The notes under the pieces: model-generated
What the model saw: the letters and a program-made list of their open reading frames with translations, nothing else
What the model was told of the DNA's origin: nothing
Database searches by the model: none
Shown: in pieces, positions 1-10,659 of the stretch
Numbering within the stretch: the first letter of the stretch is position 1
Layout: every line of letters starts with the position of its first letter
Origin: Chiloscyllium plagiosum
Lineage: Eukaryota
DNA: 20,000 nt
Direction of reading: 5' to 3'
Assembly: GCF_004010195.1 (NCBI RefSeq)
Contig: NC_057719.1
Coordinates: 36,679,822-36,699,821, forward strand
Program-made: the position numbers and the translations under genes

Positions 1-843
1 CCCTCGATCTCTTCATAGCCAATTACTGCCGCGACATTAACTGCCTCAACCTCTCCACCCCTCTCACCCACTCCAACCTCTCACCCTCGGAACGTGCAGC
101 CCTCCACTCCCTCCGTTCCAACCCCAACCTCACTATCAAATGGCAGACAAGGGAGGCATAGTAGTAGTTTGGTGCACCAACCTTTACACTGCTGAGGCTA
201 AATGCCAGCTCGCGGACACCTCCTCCTACTGCCCCCTTGACCATGACCCCACCTCCCACCACCAAACCATCATCTCCCAGACCATCCATAGCCTCATCAC
301 CTCAGGGGATCTCCCATCCACCGCCTCCAACCTCATAGTCCCACAACCCGCACCGCCTGTTTCTACTCCTGCCCAAAATCCACAAACCTGACTACCCTGG
401 CCGACCCATTGTCTCAGCCTGCTCCTGCCCCACCAAACTCATCTCTGTATACCTCGACATGGTCCTATCCCCCTCAGTCCAAGAACTCCCCACCTACGTT
501 CGGCACACCACCCTCCAACGCCCTCCACCTCCTCCATGATTTTCGCTTCCCCGGTCCCCAACGCCTTATCTTCACCATGGACATCCAGTCCCTGTACACC
601 TCCATCCCCCATCACGAAGGACTCAAAGCCCTCCGCTTCTTCCTTTCCCGCCGTACCAACCAGTACCCTTCCACTGACACCCTCCTTCGACTGACTGAAC
701 TGGTCCTCACCCTGAACAACTTCTCTCTTCGACTGACTGAACTGGTCCTCACCCTGAAAGACACCCTCCTTCGACTGACTGAACTGGTCCTCACCCTGAA
801 AGACACCCTCCTTCGACTGACTGAACTGGTCCTCACCCTGAAA
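1..843 (+). mobile_element. Penelope-like element, reverse transcriptase fragment (frameshifted, truncated)
   Basis: Peptides ADKGGIVVVW (ORF 140-391) and LIFTMDIQSLYTSIPHHEGLKALRFFL...LTELVLTLNNFS (ORF 409-855) are typical PLE RT motifs, split across frames. Confidence 0.85.
676..843 (+). repeat. 42-bp tandem repeat, 4 copies, inside PLE RT
   Basis: cttcgactgactgaactggtcctcaccctgaa starts at 685, 727, 769 and 811; in frame (LRLTELVLTL x4). Confidence 0.95.
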
Positions 844-1076
844 TCTTCTTCCTGATCTCTCCGCCCCCACCCCAGTCTGTCCTATCACCCTCACCTTGAC
901 CTCTTTCCACCTATCACATTTCCAACGCCCCTCCTCCAAGTCCCTCCTCCCTACCTTTTATCTTAGCCTGCTGGACAAACTTCCCTCATTCCTGAAGAAG
1001 GGCTTATGCCCGAAACGTCGATTCTCCTGTTCCCTGGATGCTGCCTGACCTGCTGCGCTTTTCCAGCAACACATTT
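844..1076 (+). mobile_element. PLE terminal repeat (pLTR-like), runs into gap
   Basis: C/T-rich tract, then cctgaagaagggcttatgcccgaaacgtcg...gatgctgcctgacctgctgcgcttttccagc; same family recurs at 1772-1918 and 8738-8955. Confidence 0.8.
988..1023 (+). ncRNA. Minimal type I hammerhead ribozyme motif (PLE type)
   Basis: CTGAAGA (992-998), extra A, stem II GGGC-TTAT-GCCC, GAAA (1012-1015), palindromic ACGT stem III, GTC cleavage triplet; short imperfect stem I. Confidence 0.75.
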
Positions 1077-1771
1077 NNNNNNNNNNNNNNNNNNNNNNNN
1101 NNNNNNNNNNNNNNNNNNNNNNNNNNNNNNNNNNNNNNNNNNNNNNNNNNNNNNNNNNNNNNNNNNNNNNNNNNNNNNNNNNNNNNNNNNNNNNNNNNNN
1201 NNNNNNNNNNNNNNNNNNNNNNNNNNNNNNNNNNNNNNNNNNNNNNNNNNNNNNNNNNNNNNNNNNNNNNNNNNNNNNNNNNNNNNNNNNNNNNNNNNNN
1301 NNNNNNNNNNNNNNNNNNNNNNNNNNNNNNNNNNNNNNNNNNNNNNNNNNNNNNNNNNNNNNNNNNNNNNNNNNNNNNNNNNNNNNNNNNNNNNNNNNNN
1401 NNNNNNNNNNNNNNNNNNNNNNNNNNNNNNNNNNNNNNNNNNNNNNNNNNNNNNNNNNNNNNNNNNNNNNNNNNNNNNNNNNNNNNNNNNNNNNNNNNNN
1501 NNNNNNNNNNNNNNNNNNNNNNNNNNNNNNNNNNNNNNNNNNNNNNNNNNNNNNNNNNNNNNNNNNNNNNNNNNNNNNNNNNNNNNNNNNNNNNNNNNNN
1601 NNNNNNNNNNNNNNNNNNNNNNNNNNNNNNNNNNNNNNNNNNNNNNNNNNNNNNNNNNNNNNNNNNNNNNNNNNNNNNNNNNNNNNNNNNNNNNNNNNNN
1701 NNNNNNNNNNNNNNNNNNNNNNNNNNNNNNNNNNNNNNNNNNNNNNNNNNNNNNNNNNNNNNNNNNNNNNN
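1077..1771. other. Assembly gap
   Basis: Run of N. Confidence 1.
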
Positions 1772-1918
1772 CCAAGTCCCTCCTCCCTACCTTTTATCTT
1801 AGCCTGCTTGGCACACTTTCCTGATTCCTGAAGAAGGGCTCATGCCCAAAACGTCGATTCTCCTGCTCCTTGGATGCTGCTTGACCTGCTGCGCTTTTCC
1901 AGCAACACATTTTCAGCT
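1772..1918 (+). mobile_element. Second PLE terminal repeat copy; hammerhead core mutated
   Basis: Similar to but not identical with 936-1076; CTGAAGA at 1828-1834 but GAAA changed to AAAA. Confidence 0.8.
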
Positions 1919-2029
1919 CACATCTTATATACATTGTTATGTCATGAATAGGGCCCTAGCCATCTGCTCACTGTGTAGGCTCAATCCCAAAATAGGGTAT
2001 AGCAAAACAATCCTGTGATATAATGGCAC

Positions 2030-2350
2030 TGCAATTTTAGGAATCTGAAAGCAATTGATGGAGTATGCAGAAATAGTTTTCAGAGTGAGGGCAAGTCAAG
2101 GACAAAGGAACAATACAATACAAGCACAGACAAGCCATCAAGCAGTGATGTTAGGGAACACTTTTACATGCAAAGCTTGATAAGAGTGTGGAACTCACAA
2201 AACGTGATCAATGTCAGCTTAGTTAACCTTTTGTTTCTGTGATTAATAGGCCATTACTAGCCAAGAGCACTAAAGAACATAGGCCCAAGACTTGTGGAGG
2301 GACACGTGATTTCATTGAATGTCTGTACAGAGTGGAGGGGTTGTTCCCTT
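2030..2350 (+). mobile_element. Highly degraded CR1-type LINE 3' region
   Basis: tcaaggacaaaggaac...gttagggaacacttttacatgcaaagcttgataagagtgtggaactcac resembles the CR1 ORF2 C-terminus (F.QRVV..WN.L). Confidence 0.45.
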
Positions 2351-2414
2351 ATTTACATAATTAAATTTGAAAAATTATTTAAAACTTTAAAGTGTAGAAC
2401 CCAGCCTTCTAGTT

Positions 2415-2570
2415 ATAGAATCATAGTCATAGAGATATATAGCACGGAAACAGACTGTTCAGCCCAACTTGGCCATGCCGACAAGATATCTTAAATTAAC
2501 TAGTCCCATTTGCCAGTATTTGATCCTAAAATGTCACTCCTCAACCTCCAGTGCTCCACAGAAAATAGCC
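2415..2570 (-). mobile_element. HER1/CR1 LINE 3' tail fragment
   Basis: atagaatcatagtcatagagatatatagcacggaaacagac matches the tail of the copy starting at 3466. Confidence 0.7.
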
Positions 2571-3074
2571 ATATTGATTGAGATTATAACAAGGTATTTC
2601 AGCAGTCTGCATTGGAAATGATTCAATGAAGTTAACATTTATTAACAGCAAATAAGTAGGTTTTAATAGGAGGCTGTGTTTGCACTTATGCTTCACAAGT
2701 ACAGTCTGTTCTGATATAACACAATAGTTCCATTCCTGTGCAATACTGCATTAAGAAAATTGCATAATAGCAGCACAATGGGGGTGGAATCGCGTTACAG
2801 TCAATACAGGTAAGGAAAGTTTGAGCTCTATAAATAATGATCTAAATTCTTCAATCAGGTTATAGCCAATTCATGCCAAACCAATTATAGCCAATCCAAT
2901 ATATAGCAGAACCGACTGCAGAAAAAGCTATAAGTGCTCAATTTCCAACATTGCTTCCAGTTAAAGATAACATATATATGAACAGCACAAATAAAGGCTT
3001 AAAAATTTAAAAAAATTCTAACATAAGCAAACAATTCACAAAGCTGTACACAATTGACAACAATTCTGATTTAC

Positions 3075-3146
3075 CTTTTCTCTCTGGTATGTTGATCGAA
3101 TGCAGTGCCAAATACCACTGTACATATGTTGTGTCTGAATTCTCAC
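3075..3146 (-). CDS. SLC25A47: SLC25A47-like mitochondrial carrier, coding exon 3 (72 nt, VRIQTQHMYSGIWHCIRSTYQREK)
   Basis: tttcactag acceptor and AAG/gtaaat donor; closely matches recalled human SLC25A47 VRIQTEPKYTGIWHCVRDTYHRER. Confidence 0.92.
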
Positions 3147-3228
3147 CTAGTGAAACAACTTGTATTAGCTACAGTATCATGAGTGAAGCATTGGCAATTT
3201 CTAGCAGCAGCTCAAATACATACACTAC

Positions 3229-3272
3229 CTTGATTGTATCCAAAGGATATCCAACAGCGGTAGCAAGTCCAC
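3229..3272 (-). CDS. SLC25A47: SLC25A47-like coding exon 2 (44 nt, (G)GLATAVGYPLDTIK)
   Basis: cag acceptor and AAG/gtagtg donor; carrier signature Px[DE]xx[KR] (PLDTIK); 82-nt intron to exon 3; phase 1 start fits exon 1. Confidence 0.92.
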
Positions 3273-3465
3273 CTGTGGTGGCAATGTAGATTTCACACCA
3301 ATGGATATTAAACATAATTTACATTGCGAATGTTACATGACAGATATTTTCAACATGCTTACCTTACATAAAATTTCTAAAATATCTATTTTACTGTAAT
3401 CTGTAAAACATATGTATCTGTATTGGCATGGTTATGATCTTTACTGTGCATTGCATTCTGCTTTT

Positions 3466-4097
3466 ATAGAGTCATAGAGGTGTACAGCATGGAAACAGAC
3501 CTTTCGGTCCAACCTGTCCATGCCGACCAGATATCCCAACACAATCTAGTCTCACCTGCCAGCACCTGGCCCATATCCCTCCAAACCCTTCCTATTCATA
3601 TACTCATCCAAATGCCTCTTAAATGTTGCAATTGTACCAGCCTCCACCACATCCTCTGGCAGCTCATTCCATACATGTANNNNNNNNNNNNNNNNNNNNN
3701 NNNNNNNNNNNNNNNNNNNNNNNNNNNNNNNNNNNNNNNNNNNNNNNNNNNNNNNNNNNNNNTGTCCTGTACAGCCGCAACATGACCTCCCAACTCCTGT
3801 ACTCAATACTCTGACCAATAAAGGAAAGCATACCAAACGCCTTCTTCACTATCCTATCTACCTGCGACTCCACTTTCAAGGAACCTGCAATCCAAGGTCC
3901 CTTTGTTCAGCAACACTCCCTAGGACTTTACCATTAAGTGTATAAGTCCTGCTAAGATTTGCTTTCGCAAAATTCAGCACCTCACATTTATCTGAATTAA
4001 ACTCCATCTGTCACTTCTCAGCCTATTGACCCATCTGGTCCAGATCCTGTTATAATCTGAGGTAACCCTCTTCACTGTCCATTACACCTTCAATTTC
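3466..4097 (-). mobile_element. HER1/CR1 LINE 3' part (spans small gap)
   Basis: KVESQVDRIVKKAFGMLSFIGQSIEYRSWEVMLRLYRT and VWNELPEDVVEAGTIATFKRHLDEYM are CR1 ORF2 C-terminal peptides; TCTATGAC-type tail. Confidence 0.9.
3680..3762. other. Assembly gap
   Basis: Run of N. Confidence 1.
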
Positions 4098-4403
4098 GTC
4101 AGAGAAAGGGCCAGTTGCAAGTAACTATCCAATTCAAATTCTGCTCTTTCACCTCTGCTGCCTAGATTTGAATTATCATGAAAGTAACTCTCCAGGATAT
4201 TAAGCAAAGGGGAATCAATCTGTTGTAACTCATTTCTAATTAAACTCAAGTACACAACTGAAAACTGTCAACATTTTCCCATTGAGCCCACAGAGATGAT
4301 AAATATGGTCACCTGCTACACAGTTTAACATTGGTTGATGTGCATTTTTAGAAACGAGACTCAGCTTATTAGAGGGGCTGCTATAAACAGGATTTATAAT
4401 AGA

Positions 4404-4495
4404 CAGATAGGAGGCTGGAAGAACACAGCAAGCCAGGCAGTATCTGGAGGGGGAGTAGTCGACATTTCGGGTGTGACCCTTCTTCAGGATTTTAT
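4404..4495 (-). mobile_element. Short PLE terminal fragment with hammerhead motif (4461-4487)
   Basis: Reverse complement reads CTGAAGA A GGGT-CAC-ACCC GAAA TGTC; flanked by an imperfect 23-bp direct repeat 4381-4403 / 4496-4518 (20/23 identical). Confidence 0.75.
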
Positions 4496-6306
4496 CTACA
4501 AACAAGATTTATAACAGAAATGGGCCACCGATTTTACCCAGTAAACTAAAATCAACAGCAATTTCAGAGTCAAACACTGACTTATCGAAAACCTTTCCAT
4601 CACTTCTGTATTGTAAACAATACAATATACCATTCCTATTTTCTGTTGCTAATTCGCAGCTGAGTATACCAAAGGTCCAGTGGTAACAAACTAGCTGGAA
4701 AAGCTTAGATACACATTAACAGATTATCAGCTAGAATCAGATCCATTTCAGTTATATAACTATAAAAAGGAATGGATGACTTTCGATGCAGTCATGCTAA
4801 ACGTTTAACTGAAGTATTTTATGTATGAACATGCACCATTCTCCAATAAAATAATATTTCTGGTTTTAGTGAAATTCACCAAAAAGAAATTAATCTCTCA
4901 TGTTGGAAGCTTTAATAAAGTCCTAGTTTAAAATTAACTGAAGGATTAAAATTGTAAATTATTTTGATGATTTACAAGTTGTCTTGGAAAATATTTACAC
5001 AATAACTGATGCACCTGAAGACATAACGTGAGAGTTATGTTTTATTTGCACAGTTTTTTTTCTATTTTAACACTGTTCTGGAGACAGCTGTCTGCTTACC
5101 AGCTAAGGGCATTCACATTTAAATATTGTCTTTTTAAAAAAATTGGTTCCACAGCAGCAATCTGAGTTACTGGTCCAGAGACAAAGGGAATAACTTAAAT
5201 CTCCAACAGCAGGCAAGTTTGGCTTGGGCAGGATTACATCTTAAAGACATTCAACATGACCTCAATCAGCCGACATTTGATTTTAATTGACAGCACGTGC
5301 ATTCCCCAACCCATTCACAGGAGGCAGCTTAGTTAGTAAAAACCATGTAAGTGGCTACCTGTTGTTATTTTACTGGCTCTTTACCTTAATCCATTTTAGT
5401 TGGATTCCCTAGCTGTTGGTAAAACTATTAAAATTCCATTGCACCATTACTGGAGAATCAGGAGTGTTTCTTCCACCCAATGAACTGTTCTGCTTCTAAT
5501 TCCATGATTCATAACTTGACACCATTCATGATCTGCCCTGCATTTCCCTACCTTCTTTCTGCATTGACCACCATCTTGTGCTATAGTTTTCCTACCAAGC
5601 AGACCAGAAATCAATCAGTTGTTCTGGTTTTGGGGGGTAGGAAACCCACAGAAACAATTTTAAAGATGTCCCATAATTAATATCAACATGTTGTATCTCT
5701 CCACTCTCAGGGCATAAGAACATGAAAACCATCATCTCTTCAGACAGGCATATCTGAAAAAACAGAAGCAAATTTTGTGTCAGATCCCAGTTTTGTTAAA
5801 TCGCCACCCTGCTTGGCTTGTACATTGCCTCTCGCAGTGGAGTAGATGATTCTATTCCCACCTCATTTTCAGATGAGGTCAGAAAACAAGGCAGCACGGA
5901 GAAAGACGTTGCCACCTGCCAGAATTTCTACTAGCCACCGTTAGCTAGCCCCAGTCCTTGTGGTAATCCACTGTTCTAAGTGTACTGGTGTTTTCAGAAA
6001 CAGGTCAGCTTTGCTCACAGAGCAGCATCAATGTCCAGCTAGTTAGCATACCAGCAAAGTAGCTACTTCCTGTTGCAGAATTCCCCCTCCCACTCTCTAT
6101 CTCGCTACAGCAGTCATTTTGTTATGGAAGACTGAGAGTTTTTCAAGGACTTTTTATTTTCATGGAGTACTTTTTCTATTTTCAATAACTCCTTTATTAT
6201 GAGAATGGTCTTGTACTAATAGTAACATCTGTATGAGAGCAGTTTTTTCTAAGAAGGGTTTCCTTCTTTAGCTTGGTATAAGTGCTATTTTATCCAAGAC
6301 TGTATA

Positions 6307-7075
6307 ATTTATTTTATTCACTCCTGGGATGTAAGATTACTGTCTGGCCTCACATTAGTTGCCCTTCTTGAACAGCCACAGTTCAATTGGTGTAGATACA
6401 CCCACAGCAACATCAGGGAGGGAGTTCTAGGAATTTGAGCCAGCAAAACTGAAGGAACCAGTGACATATTTCCAAGGGAGGATGGTGAGTGGCTTGGATG
6501 GGAACTTGCAGGTAGCAAGTGGGCGGCACAGTGGCTAGCACTGTTGCCTCACAGCGCCTGAGACCCGGGTTCAATTCCCGCCTCAGGCGACTGACTGTGT
6601 GGAGTTTGCACGTTCTCCCCGTGTCTGCGTGGGGGTGCTCAGGTTTCCTCCCACAGTCCAAAGATGTGCAGGTCAGGTGAATTGGCCATGCTAAATTGCC
6701 TGTAGTAAGGGGTAAATGTAGGGGTATGGGTGGGTTGCGCTTCGGCGGGTCGGTGTGAACTTGTTGGGCCATAGGGCCTGTTTCCATACTGTAATGTAAT
6801 GTAATGTAATCTAATCTAATCTAATCAATTCCATACATCTGCTGCATTTGTCCTTCTAGGCAGGAGTGATTTGAGAGTTTGGAATGCGCTAAAATGGAAC
6901 CTTGATGAATTTTTACAGAGTATCTTGTAGATGGTACACACTGTGGCTATTTGTGGCTGTGCTGGTAGGCATGAATGTATGTGGATGTGGTGTCAATCAA
7001 GCAGACGGTTTTGTCCTGGATGGCGTCAAGCTTTTAATATGTTTTTTGTAACTGCACACATCCAGACAAGTGAGA
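6307..7075 (-). mobile_element. Old CR1-group (L2/Crack-like) LINE 3' end, interrupted by an HE1 SINE
   Basis: Minus strand reads aaattcctagaactccctccct...gtgggtgtatctacacc...ttcaagaagg...gaataaaataaa; homologous copy at 17150-17404. Confidence 0.6.
6519..6826 (+). mobile_element. HE1-type tRNA-derived V-SINE, young copy
   Basis: Pol III A/B-box head (gtggctagcac...gggttcaattccc), V-domain tgtgtggagtttgcacgttctccccgtgtctgcgtggg, (TGTAA)n(TCTAA)n tail. Confidence 0.9.
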
Positions 7076-7093
7076 ATCAAAAATTACAGAAAG

Positions 7094-7424
7094 TTCTGGA
7101 TGTAGGTGTGTTCGCTGAGTTGGAAGGTTTGTTTTCAGATGTTTCGTCACCCTTCTAGGTAACATCAGTGAACCTCCGGATGAAGCACTGGTGGCATGGC
7201 CCACTTTTTGTTTATATGTTTAGGTTTCCTTTGGAAGCTCAGGAACCAAAGGAAACATAAACACAAAGAGAAAGCAGGCCATGCCACCAGTGCTTCATCT
7301 GGAGGCTCACTGAAGATGTTACCTAGTATGGTGATGAAACGTCTGAAAAACGAACCTTCCAGCTCAGCAAGCAAACCTACATTCAGAATGTCAACCTGAG
7401 CTACAAATCTTCTCAAAACTCACT
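7094..7424. mobile_element. Palindromic PLE insertion (second family) with 11-bp TSD
   Basis: Inverted arms 7094-7234 / 7246-7388, unpaired tail to 7424; ATTACAGAAAG at 7083-7093 and 7425-7435. Confidence 0.85.
7307..7346 (+). ncRNA. Minimal hammerhead ribozyme motif
   Basis: TCA-CTGAAGA-T-GTTACC-TAGTAT-GGTGAT-GAAA-CGTC-TGA; 3-bp stem I (TCA/TGA), 6-bp stem II with two G-U pairs. Confidence 0.7.
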
Positions 7425-7451
7425 ATTACAGAAAGCTATCTGCAATATCTG

Positions 7452-7753
7452 TGGTGCGTGGCTTAGTGATGGCTGCCTCACAGCATCAGGGACCCAGGTT
7501 TGGTCCCACCCTCAGGCAACTGTCTGTACGAAGGTTGCACATTCTCCCCATGTCTTTGTGGGTTTCCTGCAAATGTTCCAGTTTCCTCCCACATCAGGAT
7601 GTGCAGGTTAGGTGAATTGGCTAATCAAAATTGCCCACAGTTTCCAGGGATGTGCAGGCTAGGTGGATTAGCCATGGGAAATGCAGGGATAGGGGTAATG
7701 GGATGGGGCTGGGTCGATGGCTGCTTCTAGACAGTAGAGATTCTATGATTCTA
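7452..7753 (+). mobile_element. HE1-type V-SINE, diverged
   Basis: gctgcctcacagcatcagggaccc...ttgcacattctccccatgtc...gatgtgcaggttaggtgaattggc; tail gattctatgattcta. Confidence 0.85.
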
Positions 7754-8737
7754 CATTGTGTCCTTTACTGTGAAGTGTTGCATAAATGTATTTATAAGCC
7801 ATTGTGAAAAGAAGAAGGTGCACCAATATCACAAACTTACTTTACAATAATAACAAATTACTAAATTCAAACATACATGTTCATTTAACTTATTATATAA
7901 GACCACCTCTCAACAATACGCTTTGAGGCTTAAAAGCTCCTTTACGTCCTCACATCTCACACTCAACATCAGGGATCAAATACCACTGTTCAAGGTTGAA
8001 TTTTCCCTCCATACTTTCTCAAATTTCTATCCACCTCATTCAGCTGGGTGGGACTGCATTTACTTAACCCATTCATAGTCCACGAATCACAGCAATGGTT
8101 TCACTTGCCACCATTGCACCTCTGGCTCCACTGGATCTACTCTGGACCCCCCTCCAATTTCCCTTCTTGCTACCACTTGGCAACATCATCCAAATGAAAA
8201 AGTGTTCATTTCTGTACACATGTTGATGACATTCAACTCAACCCCTCCACTCTCTATATACTATACTTTGAATGAGCAGAAACTTCCTTCAGCTTTATAA
8301 CTGGGAACATAAAACCTTTGAATTCCTCGATAATCTCCTTTCTCTGGCTACTATCCGATATTGAACCAGACTGTTTGCAAGCTTGGTGCCAAACTTGACC
8401 CTAAGATGAACTTCCAGCCATGTATCCACACTATCATGAAGATCACCTATTTGCATCTTTATAAGTTGCCTGTCTCAGTCATTTGTTTGCTAAACCTCAT
8501 CCATGTCAATGTTATCTCTAGGTTTGACTATTTTACACACCCCTAGCTAGTAGACTAAAGTCTATCCTCTAAACAAACTGGGTCATCCAAAGCTCTGCTT
8601 CTATACTTATCTTCAGCAAATCCTGAACATCCATAGCTGCTGCGTATTGACCATACTGGTTTCTGATTATGTATCATAATTTTAAAATTTTCATCCACGT
8701 CCAAGAACTTGCTTAGCCTTGCAAGACCCTGCCCTCA

Positions 8738-8955
8738 ATTGAAAAATGTGGTGCTGGAAAAGCACAGCAGACCAGGCAGCATCCGAGGAGCAGGAGAATC
8801 GACGTTTCAGGCATAAGCCCTTCTTCAGGAATGAAGGGCTTATGCCCAAAACGTCGATTCTCCTGCTCCTCGGATGCTGCCTGGCCTGCTGTGCTTTTCC
8901 AGCACCACATTTTTCAAATCTGGTACTCCAGCATCTGCAGTCCTCACTTTCTCCT
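8738..8955. mobile_element. Palindromic PLE insertion with 15-bp TSD
   Basis: 85-bp inverted arms 8739-8823 / 8833-8917, 9-nt spacer, tail to 8955; AAGACCCTGCCCTCA at 8723-8737 and 8956-8970. Confidence 0.9.
8797..8832 (-). ncRNA. Minimal hammerhead ribozyme motif, sense to SLC25A47 pre-mRNA
   Basis: Reverse complement of 8801-8828 reads CTGAAGA A GGGC-TTAT-GCCT GAAA CGTC. Confidence 0.7.
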
Positions 8956-9451
8956 AAGACCCTGCCCTCACCCCACTACCTTTAATCAACCCCATTCCCT
9001 TACCCCTCCATGCACTCATCCAAGTCTGGCCTCTTCAGCATCTCACATTTACTTACTCCATTGTTAGTGCTTGTACCTACAGTTACCTAGACTTCAAGTT
9101 TTAGAATTCCCTCCCAAAACATGTAGGATTGCTCTCTCTATCCTTTTCAAGATGCACCTTTAATCCTGCTTTTGGTTATCTGCCCTCATTTCTGTGAATG
9201 CTTATCATTCTTTTTCAATATAGTTTCTATTAAGCACTTTAAGATTTTTATTATGTTAAAAGCACTGTATAAATAGAATTGCTGTTGTTTTCAAAACAGT
9301 ACATGACTTCATTTTTCCCTATCTTTGCAATACTCTCCAAACCTCCAAGATTTTGCCATCTTCAATTTTGCCATAGCCAATTTTAAATGGTGTACCATCA
9401 GCTGACATAGCTTTAAACTCTGGAATTCCTTCCCTAGATCTCTCCACTTCA

Positions 9452-9870
9452 GAAAATACAAAACAGGAGGAAGTGGTATGACATTCAGCCCCTCAAGCCT
9501 GTTCTGTTATTTAATGAAGTCAAAGCTGATCTTCTACTTCAGTTACATCTTATAGTACCCTTGCACCTCTTGAAGCTTTTAGCAACATTTGTAAATCTTG
9601 CATTTGAATATAACAACTCAACATCTACAGGTCTCTGGGGTAGAGAAGTTCAAAGATCCACAAAGCTTTGACAAAGTAATCTCTCACAGTTGTAAATGGT
9701 CAACCCATTATCTGAAACTGAGACTGCTAATTCTAGACGCACCCTGCACCTAAACTATCAAGCCACTAAGAATTTTATAAATTCCAATGAGATCACTTAT
9801 CATCCTTCAAAACTCCAAAAAAAATCAGTAGAAATCAATATCCTTATCCCAGCAATCAGTCTAGTAAAAC
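9452..9870 (-). mobile_element. Degraded CR1 3' end
   Basis: aacaggaggaagtgg...cattcagcccctcaagcctgttctg...tctctggggtagagaagttcaaagat matches the reverse complement of CR1 tails (compare 13400-13620). Confidence 0.55.
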
Positions 9871-10659
9871 TTTACATAAAACCCCACTTCCTTTTGCTAA
9901 TTTGCCCTTATTTCAATTTTTATGGTTGAGTGTCAAACTTTGAAATATGCTAGAGGTGCTGTATAAATACAGTTTATCATCAGTGACCGGATTCTATGCC
10001 GAATGTGGTAAGATACTAAACACCAAACAGTTTCAGCATGACTTCTCCAGTCTTTTACTCTACACAGCATTAGCTTCCCATGCACAGTATTTCACAACTG
10101 TCAAGATTAAATTTCAGCTTTCATTGTTCTGCTTGTACATTTTGTCCTACTTATTTTACTATTTCTAAACTATATACCATCTTTCTCCATTTAACACTTC
10201 TACAAAATGTGAGCTATTTGCAAGACCCTATTTTTCAAGAGAAAAACAAAAATCCAAACAAAAAAAACACTAAAAAACCTAATTTACATAATGCCTGTCA
10301 GCCTTTTTCAGGCAAAAGATTACATTGTGTCATCAACAGAAAAGCTAAATTTACTTGCATTCTTTTCAAAGTTATAACTAATAATGGAACATAAAATATC
10401 CTAATAAAAAGTTAAACCATAATATTTTTACCCACGTCTATGGATACTATTCATGGTGTGCATCAGTTGCAGTTGGTCAATATGGATAGGCTTTAAATCA
10501 GAAAAGGTTTCAGGTAAAAAAAAGATAAAGATAGTAGTTGAGGACATAAAACTTCTACATGGTTCTCGGTAAAGACAAGAACACAAAGGGACAGATCATT
10601 TAAGAGTCCACCTACACATAAGGACCAACCAAACACCAGTTATTAAAAAAATCTCTAAC

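Larger units (their letters stand above)
8355..9290 (+). mobile_element. Degraded L2 LINE 3' region, interrupted by PLE palindrome
   Basis: ORF 8361-8546 (KLGAKLDPKMNFQPCI...LIHVNVISRFDY) resembles L2 ORF2 (LIHAFVTSRLDY); L2-like tail aagcactttaag...aagcactgtataaatagaattgctgttg. Confidence 0.7.

Noticed and set aside
963..1824. Long ORFs of 254-272 aa
   Set aside because: Artefacts of translating the N gap
936..1918. Gap-flanking duplicate as a pure assembly overlap
   Set aside because: The two copies differ at several positions, so they are probably separate repeat copies
2858..2903. Clustered CCAAT motifs (ttatagccaat x2)
   Set aside because: Short local duplication in an AT-rich intron without promoter context
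1919..3074. SLC25A47 exon 4
   Set aside because: No GFY[RK]G-coding segment found; it lies outside the window or in the gap
3089..3289. Plus-strand 66-aa ORF
   Set aside because: Antisense to true exons 2-3; no recognisable protein
5870..6015. AGGTCA half-sites as a PPAR response element
   Set aside because: No convincing DR1 partner half-site; expected by chance
6521..6590. tRNA gene
   Set aside because: tRNA-derived SINE head followed by V-domain and tail
8713..8985. Near-identical ORFs on both strands (MWCWKSTA...)
   Set aside because: Consequence of the palindrome, not genes
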